A DNA stretch of 64,000 nucleotides from Malacoraja senta (taxonomy: Eukaryota). The stretch covers positions 140,492,001 to 140,556,000 of the forward strand of contig CM075978.1 of assembly GCA_038087875.1 (NCBI GenBank). The letters run 5' to 3'. Below the pieces are notes generated by a model. That model had not been told where the DNA came from. It saw nothing but the letters and a program-made list of their open reading frames with translations, and searched no databases. Below are positions 38,100 to 50,509 of the stretch, in pieces. Each line of letters starts with the position of its first letter. Within the stretch, counting starts at the first letter, position 1. A program made the position numbers and the translations under genes.

Positions 38100-39015
38100 C
38101 TAGGAAGGGTTCTGTCTACCCCGTCTATGCCTTTCATAATTTCATTATTCTATCAGGTCTGCCCGCAACCTCCAGCATTCCAGAGACAAAAAATTAAAGT
38201 CAATCCAATCTCCCCCAACAGTTAATACCCCCTAATCCAGGCATTGTTCTAGCAAACCTTCTCTCCGCCCTTTCTAAAGCCTCCACATCCTAACTGTAAT
38301 GGGGTGACCAGAACTCCAAATGCTGCCTAACCAAATTCCTATAAAGCTGCAGTATAACTTCCTGTCTCATACTCTCAATGCCGCAAATATAAAAGCAAGC
38401 ATACCATATGCCTTCTTTACCACTCTATCGACTTGTGTTGCCACTTTCAAGGAGTTATGGACTTGAACCCCAAGATCCGTCTATGTCAATGCTGTTAAGG
38501 GTCTTGCCATTAATTGTATATTTTCCCCTTACATTTGACCTCCCAAAGTGCAACACTTCATACTTGCTCGGATTAAATTCCATTTGCCCGCCCATTTCTG
38601 TAGCTGATCTTTATCCCGACGTATACTTTTACAAATTCTTCACAGCAATCTTGGTGTCATCTGCAAAGTTAAGGCTCTGTCCCACGGGTTTGCGGTCGTT
38701 GGCGGTGAAGCGCGGTGTCGCCGGAAGAGGGGACTGCACGGCAACCACGAGAGCGCCGCACGGATGCTGCGCGGGGGGCCAAGTACGGCCGGTTCCACGA
38801 GCTTGCGGTTTCGGCTGATGACGTCTTTCGGATCGCGGGGCTGTGGCGGCGGCCATGCCGCACACGTACCTCACTGGCGGCGACTGTGGCGGCGGCCGTG
38901 CCGCACACATGCCTCACTGGCGGAGGCTGTGGCGGTGCAGGTTCGACTCACGGCGCTCGTGCCGCACTGGCGGCGGCTGTGGCGGTGACCGTGCCGCACT
39001 CCTAACCAACCCGTG
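38100..39015 (-). mobile_element. CR1 fragment interrupted by a Harbinger-like half element (about 38672-39000)
   Basis: CR1 FADDTK and DLGVQ motifs. The insert starts tta|aggctctgtcccac, related to the AGGGCCTGTCCCAC TIR, and has ~42-bp GC-rich tandem repeats. No right TIR. Confidence 0.65.
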
Positions 39016-39829
39016 TATATTTGCAAGACCTGGCATGATCTGCTGGGCCCAAATCCTGGCCTAGGTCTATCGCCAGCTTTAAACATGTATAAATATTATA
39101 GGTGTTATAATATAACAACTAAATAGAATTTGTGCATTGTGATATATAATGAATGATTATGATAAATAAATGCAGACTTACTGGTTATTTTCTTTGTTAA
39201 ATGGTAATAATATTTCTAATTCTGTCTACTGACTGCTTAAACCAGGGATTATTCTGATCTTTGCGGCTCCCCAGCCATCAATTAATGTGTTAAAATCCAC
39301 TGCTTTACATTACATGTAAAATTCTCATTTGTCCTACACTTTAATATTAATTATGGCATTTACCATTATTTTTTGTGGAGTACATTTTCAAAGAAACTGT
39401 AAAGCAATGTTTGAATTAAAAATTAGAAATATTAAATGTCTTCATGGATCAAAAATATGAATCCCTATTTTTAACAATAATATTATACTTCATCAGAAAG
39501 TCTCACTCTTTGGTTGTCTAATGGGATCTTGGGGTTGAAGTCCATGGCTCCCTGAAAGTGGCAACACTCGGAGAAAGAGTGGTAATTTGTCACATATGAA
39601 ATTCTTTTTGTATATATTACACATGCTGGCACGCCATTTTTGGCACCATTATTCCAATTCCCAAGACTGGTCGCCCCGCATGCTCGATGTAATGGAGCAG
39701 TGCCTGCAAACAGACGTCCCTCTCCTATCCTCGCTCGGCATATTTGTTTCCCGAGGGCACCTCCTGCAGCTGACCTTGAATGCACTAGAAGAATTACCCC
39801 GATTCATCCTCTTACCAGCCACAATATCA

Positions 39830-40230
39830 AGGAGAGATTGGACAAAATTGGACAACATTTCTCTGTAATGTCAGAGGTTGAGGGGATACCTGCTAGAAGT
39901 ATATTCAATAATGAGAGGCATAGATAGGGTAGACAGTCAGAACTATTTTCCCCAAGGTAGAAATTCAAAAACGAGAGAGCATAGGTTTAAGGTGAGTGGA
40001 GCAAAGTTTAAAGCAGATGTTGGGCCATTTTTTGAGACAGAGAGTAGTGGGTGCTTGGAACGTGCTGCCAAGGGTGATGGTGGAGGCAGGTATGATAGGG
40101 GAATTTAAGAGGCTTTTAGATGCAGGGCATGGAGGGATATGTTCTCATGCATGCAGAGGAGAATAGTTAAACTTGGCATCACGTTCAGCATAGACTTTGT
40201 GGGCCAATGGTACTGTTCTATATTCTATGA
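39830..40230 (+). mobile_element. CR1 3' end
   Basis: EVYSIMRGIDRVD and HRFKV motifs plus 3' UTR. Confidence 0.8.
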
Positions 40231-40442
40231 ATCTCACTCTTAAGGAAAGCCAATCCTTGGCGTCTTTCCATTTTAGTTTTTATCAATTAACTATTTAAAT
40301 ACCTCAGTTGTTATGGTGGGATTTTAATTTACTTTTCCAGCTCTCTGAATTCCTTGTCAAGTAACTTAATGAATGTAGCTGTTATCCACAACTGCACAAT
40401 GTTTTAACCACAATGGTAACTGCATTTCAAAAGTTACCTTTA

Positions 40443-40796
40443 AGGGCCTGTCCCACTTACGCGACCTTTTCGGCGACTGCCAGTACCCGTCATAGGTTGC
40501 CGAGAGTTTTCAACATGTTGAAAATTCTGCGGCGACCAGAAAGACACTACGAATCTTTGGGTGACCCCTGGCGACGTGTCGCGGGGTGTCACCAGGGGAC
40601 ATCCCGCCAGGGGTCGCCTGTATGGTCATGAGAGGTCGCCAGGGTCGCCTGTGTGGTTGTGAGAGGTCTCCTAGTCACCCAAAGAGTCGTAGCGTCTTTC
40701 TGGTCACGGCTGAATTTTCAACATGTTGAAAATTTTCGGCAACCTATGATGGATGCCGGCAGTCGCCAAAAAGGGCGCGTAAGTGGGACAGGCCCT
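40443..40796. mobile_element. PIF/Harbinger-type MITE with ~125-bp TIRs
   Basis: AGGGCCTGTCCCACTTACGCG termini, with TTA (left) and TAA (right) flanks. Each arm holds the palindrome ttttcaacatgttgaaaa. Confidence 0.85.
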
Positions 40797-42133
40797 TAAA
40801 GCTAAACTTTCACAAACACTACACAAATGCAAATTCATTTTAATCAATTAGAACCTTATTAATAGACTGGAATTTCCCCAGGGATTTTTCTTCAAGTTCT
40901 CCCACAGACTGGCAGAAAACTTATAGAAAATGAAAAAAAATGTTCTGCCAACTTCCACCCTGCCCCCAGCTCCCCAAAATATTTAAGTACTTCCTATGTA
41001 AAAATGTCACTTTAATTGTCGATCAAACTTGGTGACCATTGCACTAAGTGATCAAGTTTGATTTATGCACACCATTTAAACACAAATTGGTGGAGGAACT
41101 CAGAGGATCAGCTATTTTACACCACTGACATCGCAATCTGACCCAAACTGCATGCCATATGTCAGCTGAGGTTAGAATGAGCCTTGGCAGTGATGACCAT
41201 CTGTTGACACATATGAACTTTTGCATGGATAATAATAAAAATAACTTGGGAGTGTATCTGTGGAACTGTACTTTGTTATGGAGTCAACACCATTAGGAGA
41301 GATGTGCAGGTGAGTAGAATATTTGGAGAGTCAATATTTTGTTTAAAAAAGGGGAGAATTTCAGCTCTCCAGAGGTACAAAATGAGACATCAAATCAGTG
41401 TCTCTTCAGATTCGCTCTCTCATTGCACAATGCTGTACAATGATATAAACACCTATTTTACACCACTGACATCAAATTCTGACCCAAAACATTGCCTATC
41501 CATGTTCTCCCTAGATGCTGCCCGACCCACTGAACTACTCCAGCACGTTGAGTCTTCTTTTGTAAGCTAACGTCTGCAATCCAACCTATGCAGTTCCTGG
41601 TTTCCACATTTATTATCTTTTCTATACTTTGTATCATCACCACGTAGCTGAGCCATCACAGGTTAAGCACATTATGTTAAATCCCTTACAAGAAACACTT
41701 TTTTATTTCTAATCGCATTGGTGCTTGATGGAATTTGCTACATAGAAACTGGCTTCCAAGTTTCTGATATTTGAGTCATGGATTATATACAGTGCCCACT
41801 TTAAAAGCACTAGAAAAGTACCATCAACACGGTCTCCATAAAATCCTCCAAACCCAGGTTTGTATCCTCAGTATCCACTCCCAAAGAGGTAACATCAACA
41901 TTGAGGCCTCAGTAGTAATTTTATGTAGGCCACACACTTCACTTCTCTGACACTGGATTCCTGACACAGGCACTTGGCTTTGAGCTCCTTCACTGTATCA
42001 GGTGAACAGAGGAAATAATGCAAGCGTGTTTCAAAGCCACTTTCAAAAGTGCAACATCCTCAACTGCCTGTGGGAATCACTGACCCATGTCTGTTCAAAA
42101 TAGAGACAAGTTAGGGTGGACTGAGCTTGTCAT

Positions 42134-42617
42134 ATCAACTGTATTCGCTGTTCCAGGTGTCAACTTCCGTACATCGGCGAGACCAAGCGCAGGCTCGGAG
42201 ATCGTTTCGCTGAACACCTCCGCTCAGTCCACCTTAACCTACCTGATCTCCCGGTTGCTCAGCACTTTAACTCCCCCTCCCATTCCCAACCTGACCTTTC
42301 TGTCCTGGGCCTCCTCCATTGTCAGAGTGAGGCCCGGTGCAAATTAGATGAACAGCGCCTCACATTTTGCTTGGGTAGCTTACACCCCAGCGGTATGAAC
42401 ATTGACTTCTCTAACTTCAAATAGCCCTTGCTTTCCCTCCCTCTCCATCCCCTCCGCCTTCCCAGTTCTCCCACCGGTCTTACTGTCTCCGACTACATTC
42501 TATCTCTGTCCCGCCCACTCCCCTGACATCAGTCTGAAGAAGGGTCTCGACCCGAAACGTCACCCACTCCTTCTCTCCAGAGATGCTGCCTGAGTTACTC
42601 CAGCATTTTGTGTCTAT
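42134..42617 (+). mobile_element. Penelope-like element 3' fragment with 13-bp TSD
   Basis: CIRCSRCQLPYIGETKRRLGDRFAEH. TSD ctgagcttgtcat (42121-42133, 42618-42630). Confidence 0.9.
42534..42561 (+). ncRNA. Minimal hammerhead-ribozyme-like core in a Penelope terminal repeat
   Basis: CTGAAGA-A-GGGTC(TC)GACCC-GAAA-CG-TC. Penelope-like elements are known to carry minimal hammerheads. Stem I pairing is weak in this copy. Confidence 0.55.
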
Positions 42618-44106
42618 CTGAGCTTGTCATGTCAGGATCATGCATAACCCACCATAAACAGCCAAAGGATTTTGCCAACCTCGAACTATCCCTGTGTAGC
42701 ATCTCCTGTCCCACAAATGGCAGAGTCTACATATCCCATAGAAGATCAAGAATGACCTCAAGACCCACAACATTGAAGAGGAAGCAAGTTACCATTGACT
42801 CCAAGAGACTATCCAAGAAATAGAAAAGGATGATGATAACTGACTATCAGGAAGATTTCACAGCCTATAGAGCACTTTGCAAAGTAAAAACAAGCTTTCA
42901 TATAATTATTAACAAAAGTCAGCAGTACACTACAAACATTTAGCATGGAGTGTAATAAACAAGCACAAATCTATAAGCATTACCTTAATTAAACAAATAA
43001 ACACTCCAAACATCTTTGAACCATAAAGAGGCCGAGTTTAATCTGCTACCTGCAAATAAGAGTACACAACTCACCTTAATGACCTTGGAATTCAGGTGTG
43101 TGGTTTTGAACACAAACAAATTAACAAAGCCCACTGTTCCACAGACATTTGACCCCAGATCTCATTATAAAAGTGTTGGAGGGTTGGTGGGCTCAGACAG
43201 CACACAGACCGCACCAGCAAAGCCACTGTTAAAATCAGGTCATCACTTTTTCTTAAAAGTGAACCTGGGGACCAACGATGGGGATGGACACAAAATGCTG
43301 GAGTAACTCAGTGGGTCAGGCAGCATCTCTGGAAAAAAGGATTAGGTGATGTTTCTGGTCGAGACCCCTCTTCATCGTGGAGTGTGGCACCACTGAACCA
43401 GAGGCATGAAGTCTCATATGTTGAGGGTCAGGACCAACATTGCAGGTCCATGATGGAGAAGGCATTGGTTGATGCCAGGAACTGAATTAAGGGCAGAGAG
43501 TAATAGACCCAGGAAACAGGAATTAGTGTACCAGCATCAAGCTATGTGTACAAAGATGGTGTTGGAGATGAAGAGCTATCAGGGATTGCTGAGGTCAGAA
43601 CCAGAGATTACAATGCTGCTACCTGTCTAAGGTCAAAGCATTTTGGAAAAGGATACCAACTTGAAACAGGCATTAGGCCATTTATTGAATAATTTGAATC
43701 TAATGTTTACTTCAGAAGAAATGTTAAGGATGTTCTGTTTGATAGAGTCCAATCTTGGATGGCACATTTTCTCCCATATTAAGACACGATATTGACTGGA
43801 CTGATTTTTACGGTAATGTTCTCAAGTTTCTCACTTCAAACACCTTGCACTAATTCCATTAGAAGCCCTGCACCAATCATTTCAGGGAAATTCTGTTTGA
43901 GTCTAGCCGTTAATTACTTATTGACAAAGTGCATGTCATCAGAAAAAAAATTACTATACGGATGGACCCCAGGTACCTGTAATGATGTTCGAGCACAAAT
44001 TGGGAACAAGCAAGAGTGCACCAAACAACAGTAAACCTGGGTTTCAGAGCCATTTAGCCGACATCTCTGAAATAATCTCTAAACCAGTATTTTAACTTGC
44101 CATGTT

Positions 44107-44330
44107 TAAGAAAGAACTGCAGATGCTGCAAAAATCGAAGGTAGACAAAAAACGCTGGAAAAGTTCAGCGAGTGAGGCAGCATCTATGGAGAGAAGGATT
44201 TGGCGACGTTTCGGGTCGAGACCCTTCTTTAGACGGTCTGAAAATCGGTCTCGACCCGAAACGTCGCCAATGCCTTCTCTCCATAGATGCTGCCTCACCC
44301 TTTGAGTTTCTCCAGCATTTTTTGTCTACC
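44107..44330. mobile_element. Fold-back Penelope terminal fragment with 17-bp TSD
   Basis: Inverted arms of about 90 bp. TSD ttttaacttgccatgtt (44090-44106, 44331-44347). Confidence 0.85.
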
Positions 44331-46009
44331 TTTTAACTTGCCATGTTCATGACGACAACATGCTCTATAATAAAACCATTTATTTTGAATCAAAAGTGGA
44401 TGTCTGGCAAGACCAGCCTTTTCCCCAAGCCAACTGGCCTTAGGAATTTGGCGTTCAGCCACCTAGTACTATTTGGGAAGACGTTCCAGTATTACAGTTA
44501 GAAACAGTGATAAATTTTACATGTCAGTAATTATGAATATGCAGCGATTGTAATTTTGGGTTTATAATTTGGATGCTTCAATTAGCAAACCTTGGAACTG
44601 GGATCCAGATCCAACCTTAGTTTCTGTGGAAATTATAGTCAGTTTAAAATTTATGAAATCTAAAATCTAACAGCAACAGAAGCAACCTTATAACTCTCAG
44701 ATTTGTCAAAAATAAATGGGCGTAATAGGAAATGTGTTATATGTGACTTCCAGAGTAAAGAAAGATCTTACATCTCTGTGCCGAGCAATCCTTTCCTCGT
44801 GTCTGTTGTGCTCAGTCATAACTTTAGGAAGATTCCCAACATTAAATCACATGATATTGTGAGTTGGCTGACCAGTTTATTTCATTGGAAATTCTGGCAA
44901 ACAGCAAGCCCTTGTGGTGGGGGGAATATGGAAATACAAAAACTGGATGAATTACACTAATTTATCAAACTGCATGATTTCGTACTAATCTATCAGATAT
45001 TTTTTGGTTCACCAATGCAGGTTGGCACACATACATTTCACCAGAGCAGAAGCTGAAATATCCTAAACATTATTTTAAAATAGTCCACTAAAAATTATTT
45101 ACCCAAGGGAAATATGATCCACCCACACAGAGAAAACAAAACAAAATCAGGGTTTTTCTCACAGCCGGAGTGTTTGCAAATCATAAATGTGACAATTTGC
45201 CGTTAAAATCTTTCATAACTGAAAATAAAAAGCATAATATTTTCACATATTATAGTAAGAATAATACACAAATACTTCTCAACAGATCACCCATTTCCCT
45301 CAATTACTAAGGCAAAGTCCATAAAACAGCAAAACCTGTAAGAGGAATGCTGAATCACTGAGCAATATTGTCATTTTTTAAGCTATCTATTCAGAAATTC
45401 CAAAATTTGATAATCATTCCAAGGTGAAAGACAACAGATTTTCCATCATTAAAAAGTTAAATCCAAGCCGATGGAAATGGATAATATGCAAAACCCCAGG
45501 CACACTTCACCCTACTTGTAAAAGCTTGCCAACCCAAACATGATCAATTCATTCCTGGACCTTTTCCATTCTTTATCTAATCTCCACATAATTTAAAAAA
45601 ATATACTCCACAGGCCTGAACCCTTTTTTGTAAAAGTCTAAATAAGGGCTCCAGTGTGACACGTTGCTGAACAAACTTTGAAAATACATATATTTTACAT
45701 TTGCGGGTTTCATTTAATTTACCTATTTGCATGCAGAAAACAAGTCTTTGATTTGTCGTGCAATTTTTCTTTCAAAAGACCACATTTATTATATTTGTAT
45801 TTTAAATGCCCTGTTATCATGTCTTAAAAGTGTATTTACCCAACAACTGAAGCCTGACCAAATTTCTAGAGATTTCCTATTTTCTTTATCATTCTCTTTT
45901 TGAATTCGGGTTAGATTTGGCACCTTCAAATGCACCTGGATTATTCGAAAACCTTGGAAATTTTGGACGATCACAATCAATGCTTCCAATCTGAAATTAC
46001 TTCTTCAAG

Positions 46010-46420
46010 TCATGGAAACAGAGTGATACAGTATGGAAACGGGCCCTTCGGCCCTACTCATGTATACCCACCAAGGTACATTCCCAAACTTGTCCCACAC
46101 CCCATATCCCTCCAGAACAGTCCTGTCCATGGTCTTATAAACAGTGTAGTTGCACCTGCTCTACCAATTCCACTGGCAGCATTTTCCATATACCCACAAC
46201 CCTTTGTGTGAAAAATGTGCCCCTCAGGTACCTTTTCAATTTTTCCTCTCTCTTCTTAAACCCATGCCTTCTAGCTTCCCCTACCATGGGAAATAGATTG
46301 TGACTATTCACCTTATATACCCCCTTCATGATTATATAAACCTCCCCTCAGACTCCTTTGCTCCAATGAAGACAGTCCAAATATATCCACTTGCACTTTA
46401 TAACTCAACCCCTCCAGAAT
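46010..46420 (-). mobile_element. CR1 3' end
   Basis: FFTQRVVGIW and LFPMVG motifs. Confidence 0.8.
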
Positions 46421-47559
46421 GGAGTTTGCATGTTCTCCTTGTGACTGCATGTCCTCCTTGAACCCAACACACACATTGTATGAACAAAAATCCTTGGCTT
46501 CCATTCTAAAATCTTTATACTGATCACAACCTTGTGTACTTATCTGCTTTGAGAAATAGGTCCTTTGTAGTCATCCTTGTTTAGTCCTCATGCAATGTCA
46601 GACATCCTATTTTCCAATATAAACAACTCTTGCATTGCATTCCAAATATTAAACTCCTTCATCCCTGAAAGCATGCAGATAAATCTCTTTTACACCCTCT
46701 CTTGTGCTATCACAACCCTCATGCGGTGAGGAAATTAAGAGAGTACTAAGCACTGTAATTGAGGCCCGACCAGCATATTACTCGGCTTTTTCTTTTAATG
46801 ATCAACCTGTTCTTATAATATTTCAAAAAAGCTTTCCTTATGCCTGAAAAAATCATCTGGAGGAACTCAGCAGGTCAGGCTACATCTGTAGAAGGAGGTG
46901 GACCATCAGCATTCTGGAGAAGAGGATGGGTGAGGAGGAATGAGAAAATTTGGGAGTCACAGAGAAAGTGGTCCCTGTGGAAAGCAGAAAGGAATGGAAG
47001 GGAAGATGTGACTTGGTTCAGCATCTGCAGTCTCTTGTGTCTTCATATCCTTCAGCCTTCCTCACCAGCTCAGCTGTCTAGACTGTTGTCTTCAGCTATT
47101 TATGTATGTGCATTTCCAAGGCCACTTTCTCTACACTTCTGAGCATTATAGTGCCCATTGTGCAGTGCCTTGTTTGCTCTCCCCAAATGCATGACTTTTC
47201 TCTTGAAGACCATCTGCATTTATTTTTTCCACCCAATATAACCATTGATATTTTTTCACTAACTTTTGTTAGATATGAATTTTAGATTTTGTTATTGAAC
47301 ACAAGGCTTATATTTTAATCTAAGAATACAAATATTTGCAATGGTGCAGTAAACGACTCAATTCCATTCCAACATATTTAAGAACAGTTCTCAAAATTTA
47401 GGTCACTATAAATAGGAGTACATCTTCTGAGTTAATTGTGCGAAATCTATTTGTAACTCGGGGCTAGAATTTCCTTTCGGATCTATTTTAACAAAGCAGC
47501 AGACAGAGTTGCCAAGATTTAATTCAAAACGAATGGACTGTTTAAAAACCCCTTTATAT

Positions 47560-47900
47560 TAAATCTTCATGGCCTCGGGGTAATCTCACAGCCTTGCAGC
47601 CAAAGTAGTCACTGGTGAAATAAAAGGAAACACTGCAGCTAATCTGCACACTTCAAGTTTCCACAAATAGCAATGTGAAAGGACATGACCACCTGTTTGT
47701 TTAATGTTGATTGAGCAAAACAAATTGGCTGGAATACATTCCGGATAACACTTCTGCTCTTCTTTAACATAATGTCAAGTGCTCCCTTAAGAGGGCAACA
47801 GTGCCTTGGCTTCACCTTTCCTCCAAAAGATGGCTGATCGAAAAGTGTGATTTTTTTTATAGCTTCACTATAGTGGTTCAGGTGTTTTTGAATGAGATTT
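47560..47900 (-). mobile_element. Ancient Deu-domain SINE
   Basis: gtagtcactg..ggaaacactgcagctaatctgcacac..ccacaaatagcaatgtga is the reverse complement of the recalled Deu domain. Confidence 0.65.
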
Positions 47901-48004
47901 GAGCCGAAAATCTACTGATTGAGGCAAGATGACAGCTGACAAACGATCATCCATGATATCGTTGTTACAAGAGATGTGATCATTTGGGAGAAGGGCCGTG
48001 GGAA

Positions 48005-48290
48005 TTTAGTTCAGAGGTACAGTCTAGAAACAGTCTTCACCGACCATCTGTTCACACTAGTTCCACATGATCCCACTTTTCATTCACTCCCAACACACAA
48101 GTGGCAATTTACAGTGGCCAATTAACCTACAAACCTGTACATCCTTTGCATGTGGGAGGAAAACGGAGAACCTGCAGAAAATCTACACGGTCACAGAGAG
48201 AACAAGCAATCTCCACACAACAGCAACCGAGGTCAGGATTGAATCCGGGTCCCTGGCACAGTAAGGCAGTAGCTCCAGCAGCTGCACCTC
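48005..48290 (-). mobile_element. HE1/V-SINE
   Basis: Reverse-complement SINE head and body. Confidence 0.8.
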
Positions 48291-49220
48291 TGGTCGTAAT
48301 TGATAACCAACTGAAATGGGAGAAGAAACTCCTGGTCTGGATCTATTGCATCCATACATTTTAAAAGTCAGTGAAATGTTACCAGAAGCATTTACATATA
48401 CAAGATGAAAATATAATATATATTAACATCAGTGGTTGTAAAGACAATAATCATTACCTAAAAGATGCAGAAAATGCAGATAATGCTGCCTGACCCGCTG
48501 AGTTACTCCAGCACTTTGTGTCCATCTTCGGTATATATAGCAGCATCAGCAATTCCTTTCTACACATAGGAAGATTGGAACCAATTTCTGAAGCAAATTC
48601 TTTAAATACGTACAAGAGGGCATAGGTTTATGGCGAGAAGGGAAAGGGGTATGAGGGGTACCTTTTTCCACACAGAGGTGGTGTGTATATGGAAGTAATT
48701 GCCAGAGGAAGTGGTAGAAGTGGGCTATGACAGTTAAAATACACTTAGGCAAGTATATTGTTTGGAAAGGTTTTAAGAGATATGATCCAGGTGCTGACAA
48801 ATCGGATTGGCACAGTTAGGCAACTTCTTTGGCATGGACAAGTTGGTCGAAGGTGCCTGTTTCCATGCTGTAGATTTTTGGAAACCAGTACAATTAGTAA
48901 GCTAATGACTGTCAGGAATAAAAAGAAAGGATAACAAGCTGGAAACAGAAACGAGATTTGAGAATTTAAGAATAGTGACTCAGATCAGATAAGTTGGCAA
49001 GTGATAGTTCACCATGACCAATGCCTTGGACCGCAGCTGTTTACTGTTACTAAATTGATTGTGTTCAGGAATCAGAAATATAAATTCAAGATTTATAGAT
49101 TTTACCAAATTGCTTATTTATATACCGATAAATATGCACCAAAATATGAGGCAGCATTTATAAACTTGCAAAATGGCATGTAAAAAGCAAATAGCGAAGT
49201 CATTTCAACACAGATCATTA

Positions 49221-50070
49221 TAGATATTTAGATATTTATTTGTTGTCATCTGAACCTAAGTTCAAACGAAATTCTGTTTCTGCAGTCATACAAACAAGTA
49301 AAAAGAACCAAGACACAACACAATTTACACAACATCCATCACAGTGAATCTCCTCCTCACTGTGATGGAAGGCAAAGTCTTATCTCTCCCCTGCACTCCA
49401 CATTCTCCTCCCGATGTCAAAGTCAAAGCCCCCGGCGGGCGATTGTAGATATGTCCCGCGGCCATTAAAGCCGCGCCGGGCGATGCAAGGCTACGCTCCG
49501 GGTCTTGATGTTGTAGCCCCCGGTAGCGCCAGCAAGTCCCACGGCCACCAATGCCGCGCCGGGCGATACCAGACCCCGCTCCAGGTCATCCTCAACCCCG
49601 CAACTCGGGCGGAGTAGCTGCCGTTGCGGGAGCCCCGAAAAGCGGTCTCCCACCATGGACCCGCGAGCTCCCGATGTTACCATCCACCAGACCTGCGGCT
49701 GAAGCCTCCGAATCTCCGGGGTCGGGTAGCAGCAGCGCGCCACCACAGCTCCTCCTGCTCCGAACTCGGCCAGCTCCACGATGGTAAGTAGTCCGCAGGC
49801 TCCGCGACTGGAGCCCCAGGTCGTCCGGTTGGAGGCCGCTCCACGGTGCTAGGCCCCAACGACAACGGAGACCCGACAGAGAAAGGTCGGGTCTCCCGTG
49901 CAGGGAAAAGATTTAAAAGTTTCCCCACCCCCACCCCCCCACACATACCCAGTTTAAAAATTAAAAAACAAAAACAAAAAAACACTATATAAAACTCAAA
50001 CGAAACAAAAAATAAATAAAAAGACAGACGACTGCAGAGCCCGCTGCAACGTGAGTCACGCCGCCAACCA
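49221..50070 (-). mobile_element. GC-rich non-autonomous retroelement, apparently full length, inserted in a decayed CR1
   Basis: 5' ggttggcggcgtgactcacgttgcagc plus a T-rich tract, CpG-rich body, and a LINE-type tail with a short tandem repeat. No credible ORF. Confidence 0.6.
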
Positions 50071-50509
50071 ATTATTATGTTATATATTTTGGCAGAAAGA
50101 ATAAGGAAGCTTGGAAAATTATGGTTGAAGTGCGGTAGAGAAACAAGGGCACCAGTGGCAGATATAAAAATTATTTCAATCTTCCCAAGAGGGGAATAGA
50201 ATGGTAGAACAGGAAGATCAGGGAGATTTGATTAGAACCTAGGTGAGGCTACAATTACAGTGCAATGAATAGTTCCGATTTTGGTGTCAAAAGGTAATGA
50301 AGTCGGGGAAGGTGTAAAAAAGACTGTGTGATATGGAACTAAAATATTTTTTTCTCTCCATACAAATGAAGGTCGAGGGGTGATGTAACTGAGATATTTT
50401 AAGAATATAACAAAGCATAATCATTTCTGACAAGACCAGTGCTTGGGCCATTAAGAAAGTCACCAATACATCTAATATGGAATTTAAGAGAAAGTTTTTT
50501 ACATTGAGA

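Noticed and set aside
38840-39000. Spaced repeats superficially like a CRISPR array (also 60153-60225 and 15540-15690)
   Set aside because: Eukaryotic DNA; these are tandem repeats inside transposons, with no unique spacers and no cas genes.
41116-41490. ~33-bp direct duplication tttacaccactgacatc...ctgacccaaa about 340 bp apart
   Set aside because: Both copies adjoin decayed Penelope ends; probably an old local duplication with no further structure.
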